Of a DNA stretch of 35,193 nt, positions 24,465-35,193 are shown one piece after another. Location: contig NC_068987.1 in the NCBI RefSeq assembly GCF_001194135.2, positions 27,492,988-27,528,180 on the forward strand. The letters run 5' to 3'. This DNA is from Octopus bimaculoides. Lineage: Eukaryota. The number at the start of each line of letters is the position of its first letter. Position 1 is the first letter of the stretch. Position numbers and translations under genes: made by a program. Under the pieces are notes generated by a model. The model did not search any database. It saw only the letters and a program-made list of their open reading frames with translations, and was not told where the DNA came from.

Positions 24465-24900
24465 ATGAGGGATCTTCCCTTTCTTCATTCTCCGACTAAC
24501 ATTTTTTTCTACTCTAGGCAAGCCCTAAATTTTGTGGTAGGGGGTGAGTCGATTAGATCGACCCCAGTACGCAACTATACTGAATTTATCGACCCCGAAA
24601 GGATGAAAGGCAAAGTTGACCTCGGCAGAATTTGAACTCAGATCGTAAAGACAGACGAAATAAGCATTTCGCCAGGCGTTTTTCGACTAACAAGCCAGCA
24701 CCGAAAGTGAGGTGTGTAAATGTGCGTGGCTTGGGGTCAGATTGGTAGCAAGTTCACGTGGTCAACGATCTGAGGTCTTTTGATTTAGATGTGGCTGCTA
24801 TTAGTGAGAATCTCCAGAAAACATGCTCTAGCATCCATTTTAAAAGACTTCGAGATATTCTCATCTTGTGGTATGTAGAGAGCGGGTAGCGGTGTATGAC
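24465..24900 (+). mobile_element. LINE apurinic endonuclease (APE) N-terminal remnant, interrupted by a SINE
   Basis: After removing the SINE: MRDLPFLHSPTNKPAPKVRCVNVRGLGSDW*QVHVVNDLRSFDLDVAAISE, then KDFEIFSSCG..AGSGV in a shifted frame. NVRGL and D-(V/I)-x-x-x-x-E are typical APE motifs (L1/Tx1-like). Confidence 0.65.
24502..24683 (-). mobile_element. tRNA-derived SINE (OK-type), 5'-truncated, with 9-bp TSD CGACTAACA
   Basis: Shares atttatcgaccccgaaaggatgaaaggcaaa and gaactcaga with copies at 31370 and 32575. CGACTAACA flanks it at 24493-24501 and 24684-24692. Confidence 0.85.
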
Positions 24901-25789
24901 TAAGCATGAGCTACGTATATATGTTGCTACCACACACATTTAATGTAAATTTGAACTTCGAACGCTGCCCTTGCGCATTAAGGAAACACATATACGCAAA
25001 GAAAAAGCAAGATTACATCAAATGTTCATTTCATAAAATGCTTTGTATCAGATGGTTTCCTTTTTTTTTTTTTGTTCATTATAATAGGCTATAGACGTAA
25101 ACAATACTGCGGTTACTTAAAGGAATTCATACAATGCAAAGCATAGAAATGTAACATGGAAATGTAGTTACGTTGCTGTAAGTTCAAAATCCAATTTAGT
25201 TTTCTCGAAGATAAACTTGATTTTAATAACTTAGTTATAAAATATATTTATTAATTCTATGAAATTAAAATAAAATGAAACAGCATTTAGTAAACAGTGT
25301 AAATTTAGTTTTGGAGAGATACTAATTTATATTTAATAATACACCCATCCCTCCTCACACCAAGTTAAATTTCATTTTATTTTTAGACTGAACGCGTCAA
25401 TAAGTTTTGCTAAAATCGAGTTACTGCTGTTTTTTTTTATATTTGCGAAACTTAATTTATCCGTAGACTATTGTTAAAGATGTAAATTTTATGTAAACTT
25501 GATATTTGTGATTTGGCTGAAAACGTCTAGTTTACAAATCAGTACTGAACTGGTAACACATTCATTTCCTAAAACATGTTCGAGAAAATTATATACCGAA
25601 AGATTCATATACACTAGTAATCGGGAAGCTGGGACAAGCTTGTTAAGTAATATATTAACGTTCACCAGGTTTTATATTGTTGAATCGTTTGAGTTGTTAA
25701 TCCAATACACACTCTTGTATTCATAGTAGTCGATTTGGGAAAATTTGATATATGTAAGTATAAATATTATGATAAATTAATAATCCGCT

Positions 25790-25995
25790 CTGCAAGAGGC
25801 ACAAAGCCTGATGTTTTGGGGAAGAGGACGAGAATAGTGAATTATGCCGACTCCACTACTTGTCTGGTAGCTATTTTATCGACCTGGAGAGAATTAAAGG
25901 ATTAAAGGCAACTCTACTTGGTGGAATTTAGACATATTGTAAGAACGTAAGTAATGCCACTAAGCATTTGCACCTGCGTGGTAACAATTCTGCCT
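25790..25995 (-). mobile_element. Old diverged OK-type SINE copy
   Basis: ggcacaaagcctga...ttttatcgacctgga...atgccactaagcattt aligns by eye with younger copies. Confidence 0.55.
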
Positions 25996-27194
25996 TATAA
26001 GTTGTTAAGCTCAAAAATATGATATATTATTCACAGGGCAACTCTAGAAATAAACATTTATGACGAAGAAAAACGTGTAGATACGAACTGTTGTAAGTTT
26101 CCCACTATAAATCCAGGTCTAAAATCTAAGAAACATGATATAAATCCAGAACTGAAGATCAGCACATCGATTGCAGAATTAAGCAGAATATTAAGGCAAT
26201 TAAGAAAATATTAAAAGAAAAATATGTACAGAATTGACTAAGAGAGTGTAAGTTTGTGTAAGAAATGACGGTTTGTTTTTATATGAATATGAATGTTTTA
26301 ACTAAACAGAAAGAAAATAACTAATTGAAAAAGGAACGTTTTAGAGCCAAATAATTGGTTAGTATATTTTAAAAACTATCGTTCTATTATTCAAAAAAGA
26401 AAGTGTTTATATATATATAACAGACGATGTCAAATCTGCTTTTATAGTTACATTTGATGTAAGGGCTGTGAACTCCAAGGAATGTATTATTGTCAGACAC
26501 ATTTTTTAAAGAGTTTTCCTGAGGTTACTTTTGTCTGTATACTTTCAGAGTCGATGAAATGAAGTGGCAATCAAGTATTGAGGTCGATGATATTGATAAA
26601 ACTCCTTTGTTTTAAATTTGCTGTTCTTCCAATGTGAAGGCGTCGTACTGACAGAACTATGAGAGCGTTCGAAAATATCTCACTGTATTTGCTGCGGCTT
26701 GAGTTTAAATCCCGCGGAAGTCAACATTAATTTCACCCTTTCAAAATCACAAAAACAAATTACCGTTAGGGTTCACAGGATTGACACTATCGACTAATCG
26801 CTTTCTTCACTAATGATGGCCTTATGTTTAACTTAGAAACAATTATCATATATTGGAAACGACAAGAGATTGGCAGAAAGCGTAGAATAAATTAGTTTGT
26901 GATATATATTCTGGCATTTTACGAGATCAAATCCCATCAGGTTTGCGTTGCCTTTCACCATTTTACGATCGGAATTTGTAGTATCAGACAAGAATTGAAG
27001 CCAGTTTAAAGTGTTTCTCAGTCATCCAATGTTTCTGACCTCCTATTTATGAAAATTATAATTACATTTTATGCAATAAGCTCATAATACAAGAATCAAC
27101 CTAGCATGGAAATACAGTTTTAGAACTATTTTCATTCACATTTTTCAGATCAGCAAAATTTTAAAACATTTTCAATCTTCAAGTTTTTGCAGTA

Positions 27195-27560
27195 AATGGT
27201 CTGCAGCCATGCTGGGGCACCACCTTTGATGCTTTCGCTAAAATGATTGACTCCAGTACTTATTTTCTTAAAGTTCGGTAGTTGTTATCATATGGGTCTC
27301 TTAGCCTAAACTACTAACTTACTTGGAAATAGACAGACCGAGACCAGATATCAAAGAGTATAGTGGTAACAAGCACAGAGACACTCAGATACACACGCTC
27401 GCGCGCGCACACGCACTTGTGTATGTGATGGGCGTCTTCCAGTTTCCGTCCAACAAATCCACTGCCCGAGGCAGTAGTAGAAGACACGACCAAGATGCCA
27501 TGCATTGGAACTGAACTGGGAATCATGTTGTTGGGAACTACACTTGTTTCCACACAACTA
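27195..27560 (-). mobile_element. Diverged OR-type SINE
   Basis: cagtttccgtccaacaaatccact...tagtagaagacacgaccaagatgccatgca matches the copy at 195-483. Confidence 0.65.
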
Positions 27561-29116
27561 GTGAGAAGATGGTGAGTACGTGTGAGTTTATAAGTGTAGC
27601 ATTGTACTCCTAGTCAGAGAATGAAAACTGGCTGAAAATAAATCTGTTTTTGTCAAATACAAAGTACACGATAAGGTAAAGAATATTCAACTAAGCAAGC
27701 GCAATAATGTAAACTAATTTGCTTTGTTACTCATATGATATCTCCTATGACTGAATACTTGATGCATAAACAGACGAAATCATTTGCCGTAAAGAACCGG
27801 TGCCGCCAATTTGTATTTGGAATTTATATATTCATACCGAGAGAATACATTGCATTACAATTTTAAGAAGGAACATGGACACGCTCAGAGGTTTCGTTTC
27901 TACAAAAGTGGAGATCGTTGACTAAGACGAATGTAACTGCTTCTCTGCTCTGTAAAAAACCTCTGAAAAAAACCTCTGTAAAAAACCGATGCAACGAGAT
28001 AATTCTCTTTTACCATTAGTTTGTCGAAATCATTTTATTACTTTCGAAACCAGATCTATACAACTAGAAATTGTGTTGTATTATTTCATGGTCATGGAAT
28101 AACGTGACGCATAATTAGAGCAGTGCATACACCAAGGAAAATTCTTCCAGTAAATACAATCATGAATTTCTGAAAGCGAAACCCACGAAAAAGCCTCATG
28201 GAAAAAAAGTTTCTAAACTACGCTCAACTAATCTCGAAAAGAAAAAAATAAGAAAACAAAAGAAAGAAAATTAAGAATTTATTCTTCTAATAGCTTACCA
28301 TTTACAAACTATTAACATTTTTAGCGGAAACGTAATGGGAAAATTTCTTCCAAAATGATGAAACTATACATCAGCCCAGGAGAAATAAAAGAAATTATGA
28401 AGATAAAGCGTGATAGCATGTTGCCTAAATTTTCATTTACTTTTATATAATCGATATTTATTTATCTTCTGAACATTAAAAAAATTACTTGTTCGAAAAA
28501 TTGAACTAGAATCAAGCACATGCTTTCTGACATCTTACTTTTACGACATTACTTATTGAGTCACGAGTTTAAGTGAGTTTAAGGTCACAAAACGACTGGA
28601 AATTATTTTAACTGGGGTTTACAGGTGTCTTTCGTGATTCATCGGATTATCTCCAAGTCGATGATATTCGATAGTTTACGTTCTAGAAATAAAATCGAAC
28701 GTTAATACCTATCTTACTATATGAAGTAACACGCATTGTGCATGCACAAGACATTAAAATATCGGGGCTGTTTTTTTCTGTCATCATGACTTGAACTGTC
28801 TAAGTTATATTTGCTGAATAGGCTAAATGTCTTCTCCGTAACTAAAGTGTCTTTCACGTACATCTAACTTACAATCATCCCTCTCCTAATCAAGTAAAAA
28901 CGTATATTCTCTCTAATATTTTGTGTGTGTATATATTCTCTCTACTATTTTGTGTGTGTGTGTGACTGCTATTTCAGATTAGTGTAATATATAATAGGAA
29001 ATTCACCCTTTACACAAGACCTTCCTCACTTAGTACGTCTGAAAATAGATATGTATTGCAAAAGAAGATAATGCTGCTCTATTTTCCCATCGTTAGTGTA
29101 CCTATCCCTTATTCTC

Positions 29117-29205
<89 letters not shown>

Positions 29206-29673
29206 GTGTGTGTATGTGTAAGAATAGTTTGACTCGGTTTAATATAACCATATGACTTAATAATTTCGTGGATGTGAGAAAATGTTAAACATCTATTGGG
29301 AAGGTAACATCACGTGGTGTTAATGCAAGTTATACCAATTGTCTTCATTAGTTTTTTGCTCACCTATACAGACACGATATTTGTAGAATGCTGTTGTCAC
29401 TTTGGCTTTTGACTGCAGTATATGTAACATACCAGTGACATCAGTTCCTTGTGTTGAGTACTAAATAAATACGGTATGTTTCTAGCTCACCCTTTGTTGA
29501 ACGAGTTTCTGTAGCTCACCCTTGCTGAGCGAGGGTCTGTTGCTCACTCTTTGCTCTTTACGTGGGAGGAAGAAAATTTGAATGCCTTGGGTTACAATTG
29601 AGGATCGAGCTAAACCGGTGGAGCTGTAATCTAAATGGGTATAAATACCAAGCACTTGTTAGTACATCTAGAT

Positions 29674-29951
29674 CGTTGGTTCCCAACTAGTTTTCATCAA
29701 TAGACCGCTTTGGTTACACTTTTATTCTAGTGGGCCCCACCAAAGACATTCGCTATTAAAAAATGTTTGACATATTTTTTCAAAATTACTGTTGTTATTC
29801 ACACATGGATTTGTGTATTAATTTGTTATTCATGCATTAATCTTTCAAAACCTTTTCACGGATACTTAATATAAAACTGTGTATCCTATTTTACAATTCT
29901 GCTTGTGTGAATCTCCACAAGCCTTATATGGACTCTGGTTGAGAACCACTG
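29674..29951. mobile_element. hAT (Charlie-type) MITE, 278 bp
   Basis: TIRs cgttggttcccaac and gttgagaaccactg (reverse complement cagtggttctcaac). 8-bp TSD atctagat / atctaaat (7/8), fitting the NTCTAGAN Charlie target. Confidence 0.8.
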
Positions 29952-30097
29952 ATCTAAATTGTCATTGGCTTGAAGTTATTTACCAGGGCGACCACTAATG
30001 GCAAAGATAATATAGTTTATTCTTGTTAATGGATAATGTTGGTGGACCATGTGTATCCTTTACAGAGACAGAGCTGGCAACCGCTAAGAGAGAGAGC

Positions 30098-30156
<59 letters not shown>

Positions 30157-30965
30157 AGAAGGAGAGGGAGAAAGAAACATTGAGAAAGAGAGAGATATGG
30201 CGAGAGAGTGCAAAGCGTGCGAGAGAGAGGGGGAACAGAGAAGAGTGCAACAAACTGGCAGACAGCAAAATTTCCACAAGCGTTGCTACATCAATTTCGT
30301 CAGTCAGATATTTTAATTAGTAATAATCCTATCAAAGTGGTTATCTTAACGATTGATCTAATGTTTTATTATAAGTTAAGTAGTATTACAGTTGTTATCT
30401 CTATTATTAATACATACGATGCAATGCCTCTTAACATGGAATGTAAGAGTGTATTTATGTGTGTTTTACCGAAATGTTCAGCGAAATATATATATATATA
30501 GGAGCTTTCTGCTATGGAGACTACCAAAACAAATAGGGACATTTGTAATCCAAACAAAATCTCAACATAGTGGTGTCAGTTAATAGCTCAGCTGAGTAAC
30601 TTTGTTATTCTTTGATATTGTAAATAACAAGGATGTTTTGACGGTGTACAGAATGTCTTGAATTCATTATACTCCAATAAGTCAACATCCATAAGCATGT
30701 TGTGTGTTTTCGATGACAGCCTTACTTTAAGCTGTTTCATTCAAATCAATGCTATCGGGATGTTTGTATAGCTGGTTTCCTATCGTAAGAGTTGAAGTTA
30801 TTAGTTACTACGGTACACCTACAATATATCACTGCAAGATTTATTGATAACAAACTTAGAAATTACTTATTTCTAATTAAGATTTGCGTTGTTACATATA
30901 TTCAAGAATGTTATGAAAATATTCTTGATAAACCATTGTAAACAAATCTACGAACCTTTTTTCAT

Positions 30966-31074
<109 letters not shown>

Positions 31075-31369
31075 GTATATATATAGGATATTTTCGTATT
31101 TAAATCAAACTTCAGTTTCAACTTATAGGCTTTTTATTAGTTGGAAACGTAAAATATCAAACAGGTACTTCTTAAGAATATTAGATAATATAAAACTATA
31201 GAGGACATTATTAAAATATTAGGAGTGAATATTAACAGCCATTTTTTCACTGTTGGTACATCTAACTGTTTTACTAAAGAAAAATCACACATAAGTATGA
31301 TAGAAACTAATTATTAATAGACAGTCATCATGGTCATTTAATGAATGTTCAATATATAATATTCTTTTC

Positions 31370-31577
31370 TACTCTAGACACAAGGCCCGAAATTTTTTGG
31401 GAGAGGCCCAGTCGATTAGATCGACTCCAGTACGCAACTGGTACTTAATTTATCGACCCCGAAAGGATGAAAGGCAAATTCGAGCTCTGTGGAATATGAA
31501 CTCAGAACATAAAGACAGACGAAAAACCCTTAAGCATTTCGTCCGGCGTGCTAACGTTTTTGCAAGCTCGTCGCCTT
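31370..31577 (-). mobile_element. OK-type tRNA-derived SINE, near full length
   Basis: Head aaggcgacgagcttgcaaaaacgttagcacgccgga on the minus strand; body matches 32575-32765. Confidence 0.8.
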
Positions 31578-31580
31578 GTT

Positions 31581-31958
31581 CACTATATACTACTAATAAA
31601 ATAACTGTAGTTTGGTTAACGACACAACCCGTGTCGTTAGGTGTGCGAACTCCTACCATCTTCTAGTAGTTTGACAGGACCAGTACTCCAGCCTGGTTTC
31701 GGGATATTTTATGCCCATCCTCAGTACTAGACACCTCTCCGCTAGAGATGGTAGTCATTCTCTCTAGCTCTCAGTTTATAGAAAAATAAGTATCCACTAC
31801 TGAGAATGGGCATAATATAAACTGAAATTAGGCTGGTCTCCTGGTCCTGCCAAATCGCTAGATGAGGATAGGGGTTCGCTCCCTTTCTTGCAATATATCT
31901 GTCATAGGTTGTGTCATTAACCAGCTGGAGGTGTTCTTCTGGGGTTAAAAATATAGTG
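31581..31958. mobile_element. 378-bp foldback / MITE-like element with CACTATAT...ATATAGTG ends
   Basis: 31641-31736 versus reverse complement of 31788-31883 gives 72/96 identity, ungapped (counted by hand). Outer match tggttaa(c/t)gacacaacc. Perfect 8-bp terminal inverted repeat. Confidence 0.7.
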
Positions 31959-32574
31959 GTAGCTTCGTTCCATACGGAACAGCCATGTTGAACTGGCAAC
32001 AAACATTACATTTCAGTATAGTTCTTTTTTGCGTCTCTTACAGAGATGTTAGAGGTAGCTACTTTGCTTCTCATATATATATATATATATATATAGGTAT
32101 GTATGGATGAACGTATGTATGCTTAAGTCGACTAAAAGTCCATAAGTCAAGAAAAACGATGCCGCTCGTGACTGTCAATAGAGTGGATATATTATCCGAA
32201 ATGTACGGTTTTATATATCCATCATGGGTGACGTTATCTATCGGTTTCACGCTATAAGTACGACGAAGTATTAGGTAACAATCCGATTATATAACCCTAC
32301 GCTCATCGGAAGTATATATGTATATATATACTTATAATATAATCTAAACAGCATCCTCAATTTTGTGTTACTGAAAGAGTTACTGAGACAAAGTGGTCGC
32401 AGATAAAGCAACGATGATTGAACCTCTGTTTGATAATATATGTAATATTCCGATTAAAGTCACAAACTACTTATAATACTATTTATCACATACTGAGTAG
32501 AATTCTAGATACAAAATGTAAGAAAATGTGACAATGACTCTATCTCTTTTTTTCCACCTACTCATTAAGAATTC

Positions 32575-32765
32575 TGAACTAGGCACAAGGCCCAACATTT
32601 TTGGGGAGGGGCCCAGTCGATTAGATCTACCCCAGTACGCAACTGGTACATAATTTATCGACCCCGAAAGGTCGAAAGGCAAAGTCGACCATGGCGGAAT
32701 TTGAACTCAGAAAGCAAAGACAGACGAAATGCCACTAAGCATTTCGCCCGGCGTGCTAACGTTTC
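32575..32765 (-). mobile_element. OK-type SINE lacking about 17 nt of its head, fused behind another copy
   Basis: Closely similar to 31370-31577, including the ggcacaaggccc-type 3' tail. Confidence 0.85.
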
Positions 32766-33000
32766 TTATTTCTTTACTGCCTACAAGGGGCTACACACAG
32801 AGGAGACACACAAGGAAAGGCAAACGGATTAAGTCGATTACATCGACCCCAGTGCGTAACTGGTACTTAATTTATCGACCCTGAAAGAATGAAACGCACA
32901 GTCGACCTCGGCGGAATTTGAACTCGGAACGTAGCGGCAGACGAAATACGACTAAACAGTTTCGCCCGGCGTGCTAACCTTTCTGCCAGCTCGCCGCCTT
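32766..33000 (-). mobile_element. OK-type SINE, full length, with a different 3' tail
   Basis: Head aaggcggcgagcTGGCAGAAAGGttagcacg (A box) and GAGTTCAAATTC (B box); tail ...ccccttgtaggcagtaaagaaataagaaac. Confidence 0.9.
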
Positions 33001-33970
33001 TCTCAACGAATATATTGACTCACACTGTAATTCGACAATTCCTTTTACTTAACAGGTAGTTATAAGAATGCTTTGAGTGATACATTTTGCAGTCAGCTAA
33101 TATGAATCCATAGTGCAATTGCACGTCTTTCTTACATGTCAACTCAGCATTTCCTGTTTCTTAGTAGCTACTTCCTTGATTAGGTCATGGAAGAATGTGT
33201 CTTTTATCTGGGATCACTTCATCAACATTTTGCTTTGTTTTACGTATTCAATCTCTTGCTACTAGATATATCAGTCGCGGGGTCAGTGATTTTGCTGTGT
33301 GAAATTCACTGAGAAAATAGGAAGGAAAAGATTAGCTATTATGGCTATTGCATTCTTCTGCTCTTTCTGTAAATTTTGCAGAGAACATTGCATGATGTAT
33401 ATCCATGGATCTAAATGAATGGATACGCTGCAGGTAATTACGTCAAAAGGTACTTTTGGTTCACCTGATGCAGGGTTTGTCGATTGTATATCTACCCTCT
33501 CTCTCACCTTGTCTCTCCACACACACACAACACACATATACATACACACACGATCACACATATAAGAATATATATATATATATATATATATATANNNNNN
33601 NNNNNNNNNNNNNNNNNNNNNNNNNNNNNNNNNNNNNNNNNNNNNNNNNNNNNNNNNNNNNNNNNNNNNNNNNNNNNNNNNNNNNNNNNNNNNNNNNNNN
33701 NNNNNNNNNNNNNNNNNNNNNNNNNNNNNNNNNNNNNNNNNNNNNNNNNNNNNNNNNNNNNNNNNNNNNNNNNNNNNNNNNNNNNNNNNNNNNNNNNNNN
33801 NNNNNNNNNNNNNNNNNNNNNNNNNNNNNNNNNNNNNNNNNNNNNNNNNNNNNNNNNNNNNNNNNNNNNNNNNNNNNNNNNNNNNNNNNNNNNNNNNNNN
33901 NNNNNNNNNNNNNNNNNNNNNNNNNNNNNNNNNNNNNNNNNNNNNNNNNNNNAAAGTGCAATATATATAT

Positions 33971-34012
<42 letters not shown>

Positions 34013-34820
34013 GCAAAAATAGATAGAATGATATAAAGCAAAACATAAACTCTTCCTGAAGAAAAAGAGTATTCGAAAGAGTAAAATATTGCACTTTGTG
34101 TACAATACTTAAAGCTGATAGATTATTGAAAACAGTCCTCTTAATATCTTTTATATTCTTACAGCGTTAAAAAACGAAAAAATATATTTCAGTAGCGGAA
34201 AACAATCGTCCACCAGCAGTGTTGGTATTGCTAAACGCACATTACAGTCTCTTTGGTCTTCGTCAGAAGCAAGTAACTAATGGCAACTGCATGCTACGAA
34301 AAATAGCTATCATTATCGATAGCGTAAAACAGAGAAAAAAAACAACTGAGGTTGAAATTAGCCGTCACTAAACCGAAGAAATTTGGAAAATTGTGTGTCT
34401 CTGAATTTCACGCGTTAAACTTCCGAAACAGAGCTGGCCGTAACAATATCTTATTGAGAATTGAGTAATGTACAAGTTGTGGATATTAATCACAGTAAGA
34501 AATCTCTAAACAATATTTTTCCGGTCTAAAACTAGCACCATATTTTAGCCTTGTAGTGAAAAGAGGACAACATGTTTTAATCAGTTTTTTAAAACTTTAT
34601 GAACAGAGAAATGTGCATGCGGTTCATAGCATTGCTAAAAGCTTCTGTTTCTAACAAACATACGCTAATACTGTTATCTTACGTTTATGATTATTCAGCT
34701 CCTCCCTATATATTGCGTATATATTTGTGGACGTTGCCAATAGTTGTCTTAGGCAGACGGCGTTCCTCAATGTGGTTCTCTCAAGACATTGTGCTGCCTA
34801 TAGAGACAATCTAAAATTCT

Positions 34821-34937
34821 ATTCCTGGACATTAGTGAGGAACCGATTCCTGGACATGAATTTGGTAACCGGTTCCTGGACATGAGTGGGTAACTGATTC
34901 CTGGACATGAATGGGTAACTGGTTCCTGGACATGAGC
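34821..34937. repeat. 25-bp minisatellite, about 4.6 units, core TTCCTGGACAT
   Basis: Units start at 34821, 34846, 34872, 34897 and 34922. Confidence 0.9.
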
Positions 34938-35144
34938 GTGTGGCGGTTTCTTTTATGAGCATTGAATCTACTCAAAACGATCGCCTCCATTCTGGCCAGA
35001 AAGACTCATGATATAAATGCAGTATCTTTTCATCAAAGCACGGATAATAGATATTTAGCTACGGAAATATAGGTTATACAAATTCGTAAATCATATTTTG
35101 CACTTCTAACTATACCACTTCGGAATCGATATACTTTTAAGTTA

Positions 35145-35193
<49 letters not shown>

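Noticed and set aside
33024-33308. Strong minus-strand acceptor (cttttccttcctattttctcag| at 33309) giving phase-1 (V)NFTQQNH*, reminiscent of the short last exon of CA10; donors at 33136 and 33024
   Set aside because: It lies upstream of the internal CA exon (wrong order), has no canonical polyA signal, all frames stop, and nearby KDTFFHDLIKEV suggests a LINE endonuclease remnant. Junction reads could revive it as a poison or truncating exon.
33382-33433. Plus-strand 52-nt exon-like unit (ttttgcag|...cag|gtaatt)
   Set aside because: Stops in all three frames and no partner exons; such splice-like pairs are common by chance.
34821-34937. CRISPR-like look (constant core plus variable linker); also the 28-29 bp x3 repeat at 29479-29556
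   Set aside because: Linkers are homologous to one another and too short, there are no cas genes, and the context is eukaryotic. These are minisatellites.

Overview
AT-rich, repeat-dense eukaryotic genomic DNA with five assembly gaps and many microsatellites. The SINE families look like those of octopod cephalopods (inferred from recalled repeat sequences, not from a search). I can support only one host coding segment: a 155-nt minus-strand exon (23678-23832) of an alpha-carbonic anhydrase family gene, most like the CA10/CA11-type carbonic-anhydrase-related proteins. No neighbouring exon was found by eye, so most or all of the window is probably intron of this gene. The rest is transposon debris: a D,D34D mariner, a Tigger/pogo, two adjacent R4/Dong-like RLE retrotransposons joined at a (GAA)25 tract, RTE and APE LINE remnants, several tRNA-derived SINEs, a hAT MITE with an 8-bp TSD, a 378-bp foldback element and minisatellites. 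I found no convincing new biological system. The best leads are a 113-nt pre-miRNA-like hairpin, the foldback element, and a CpG-rich segment that could be an alternative terminal exon of the CA-related gene.
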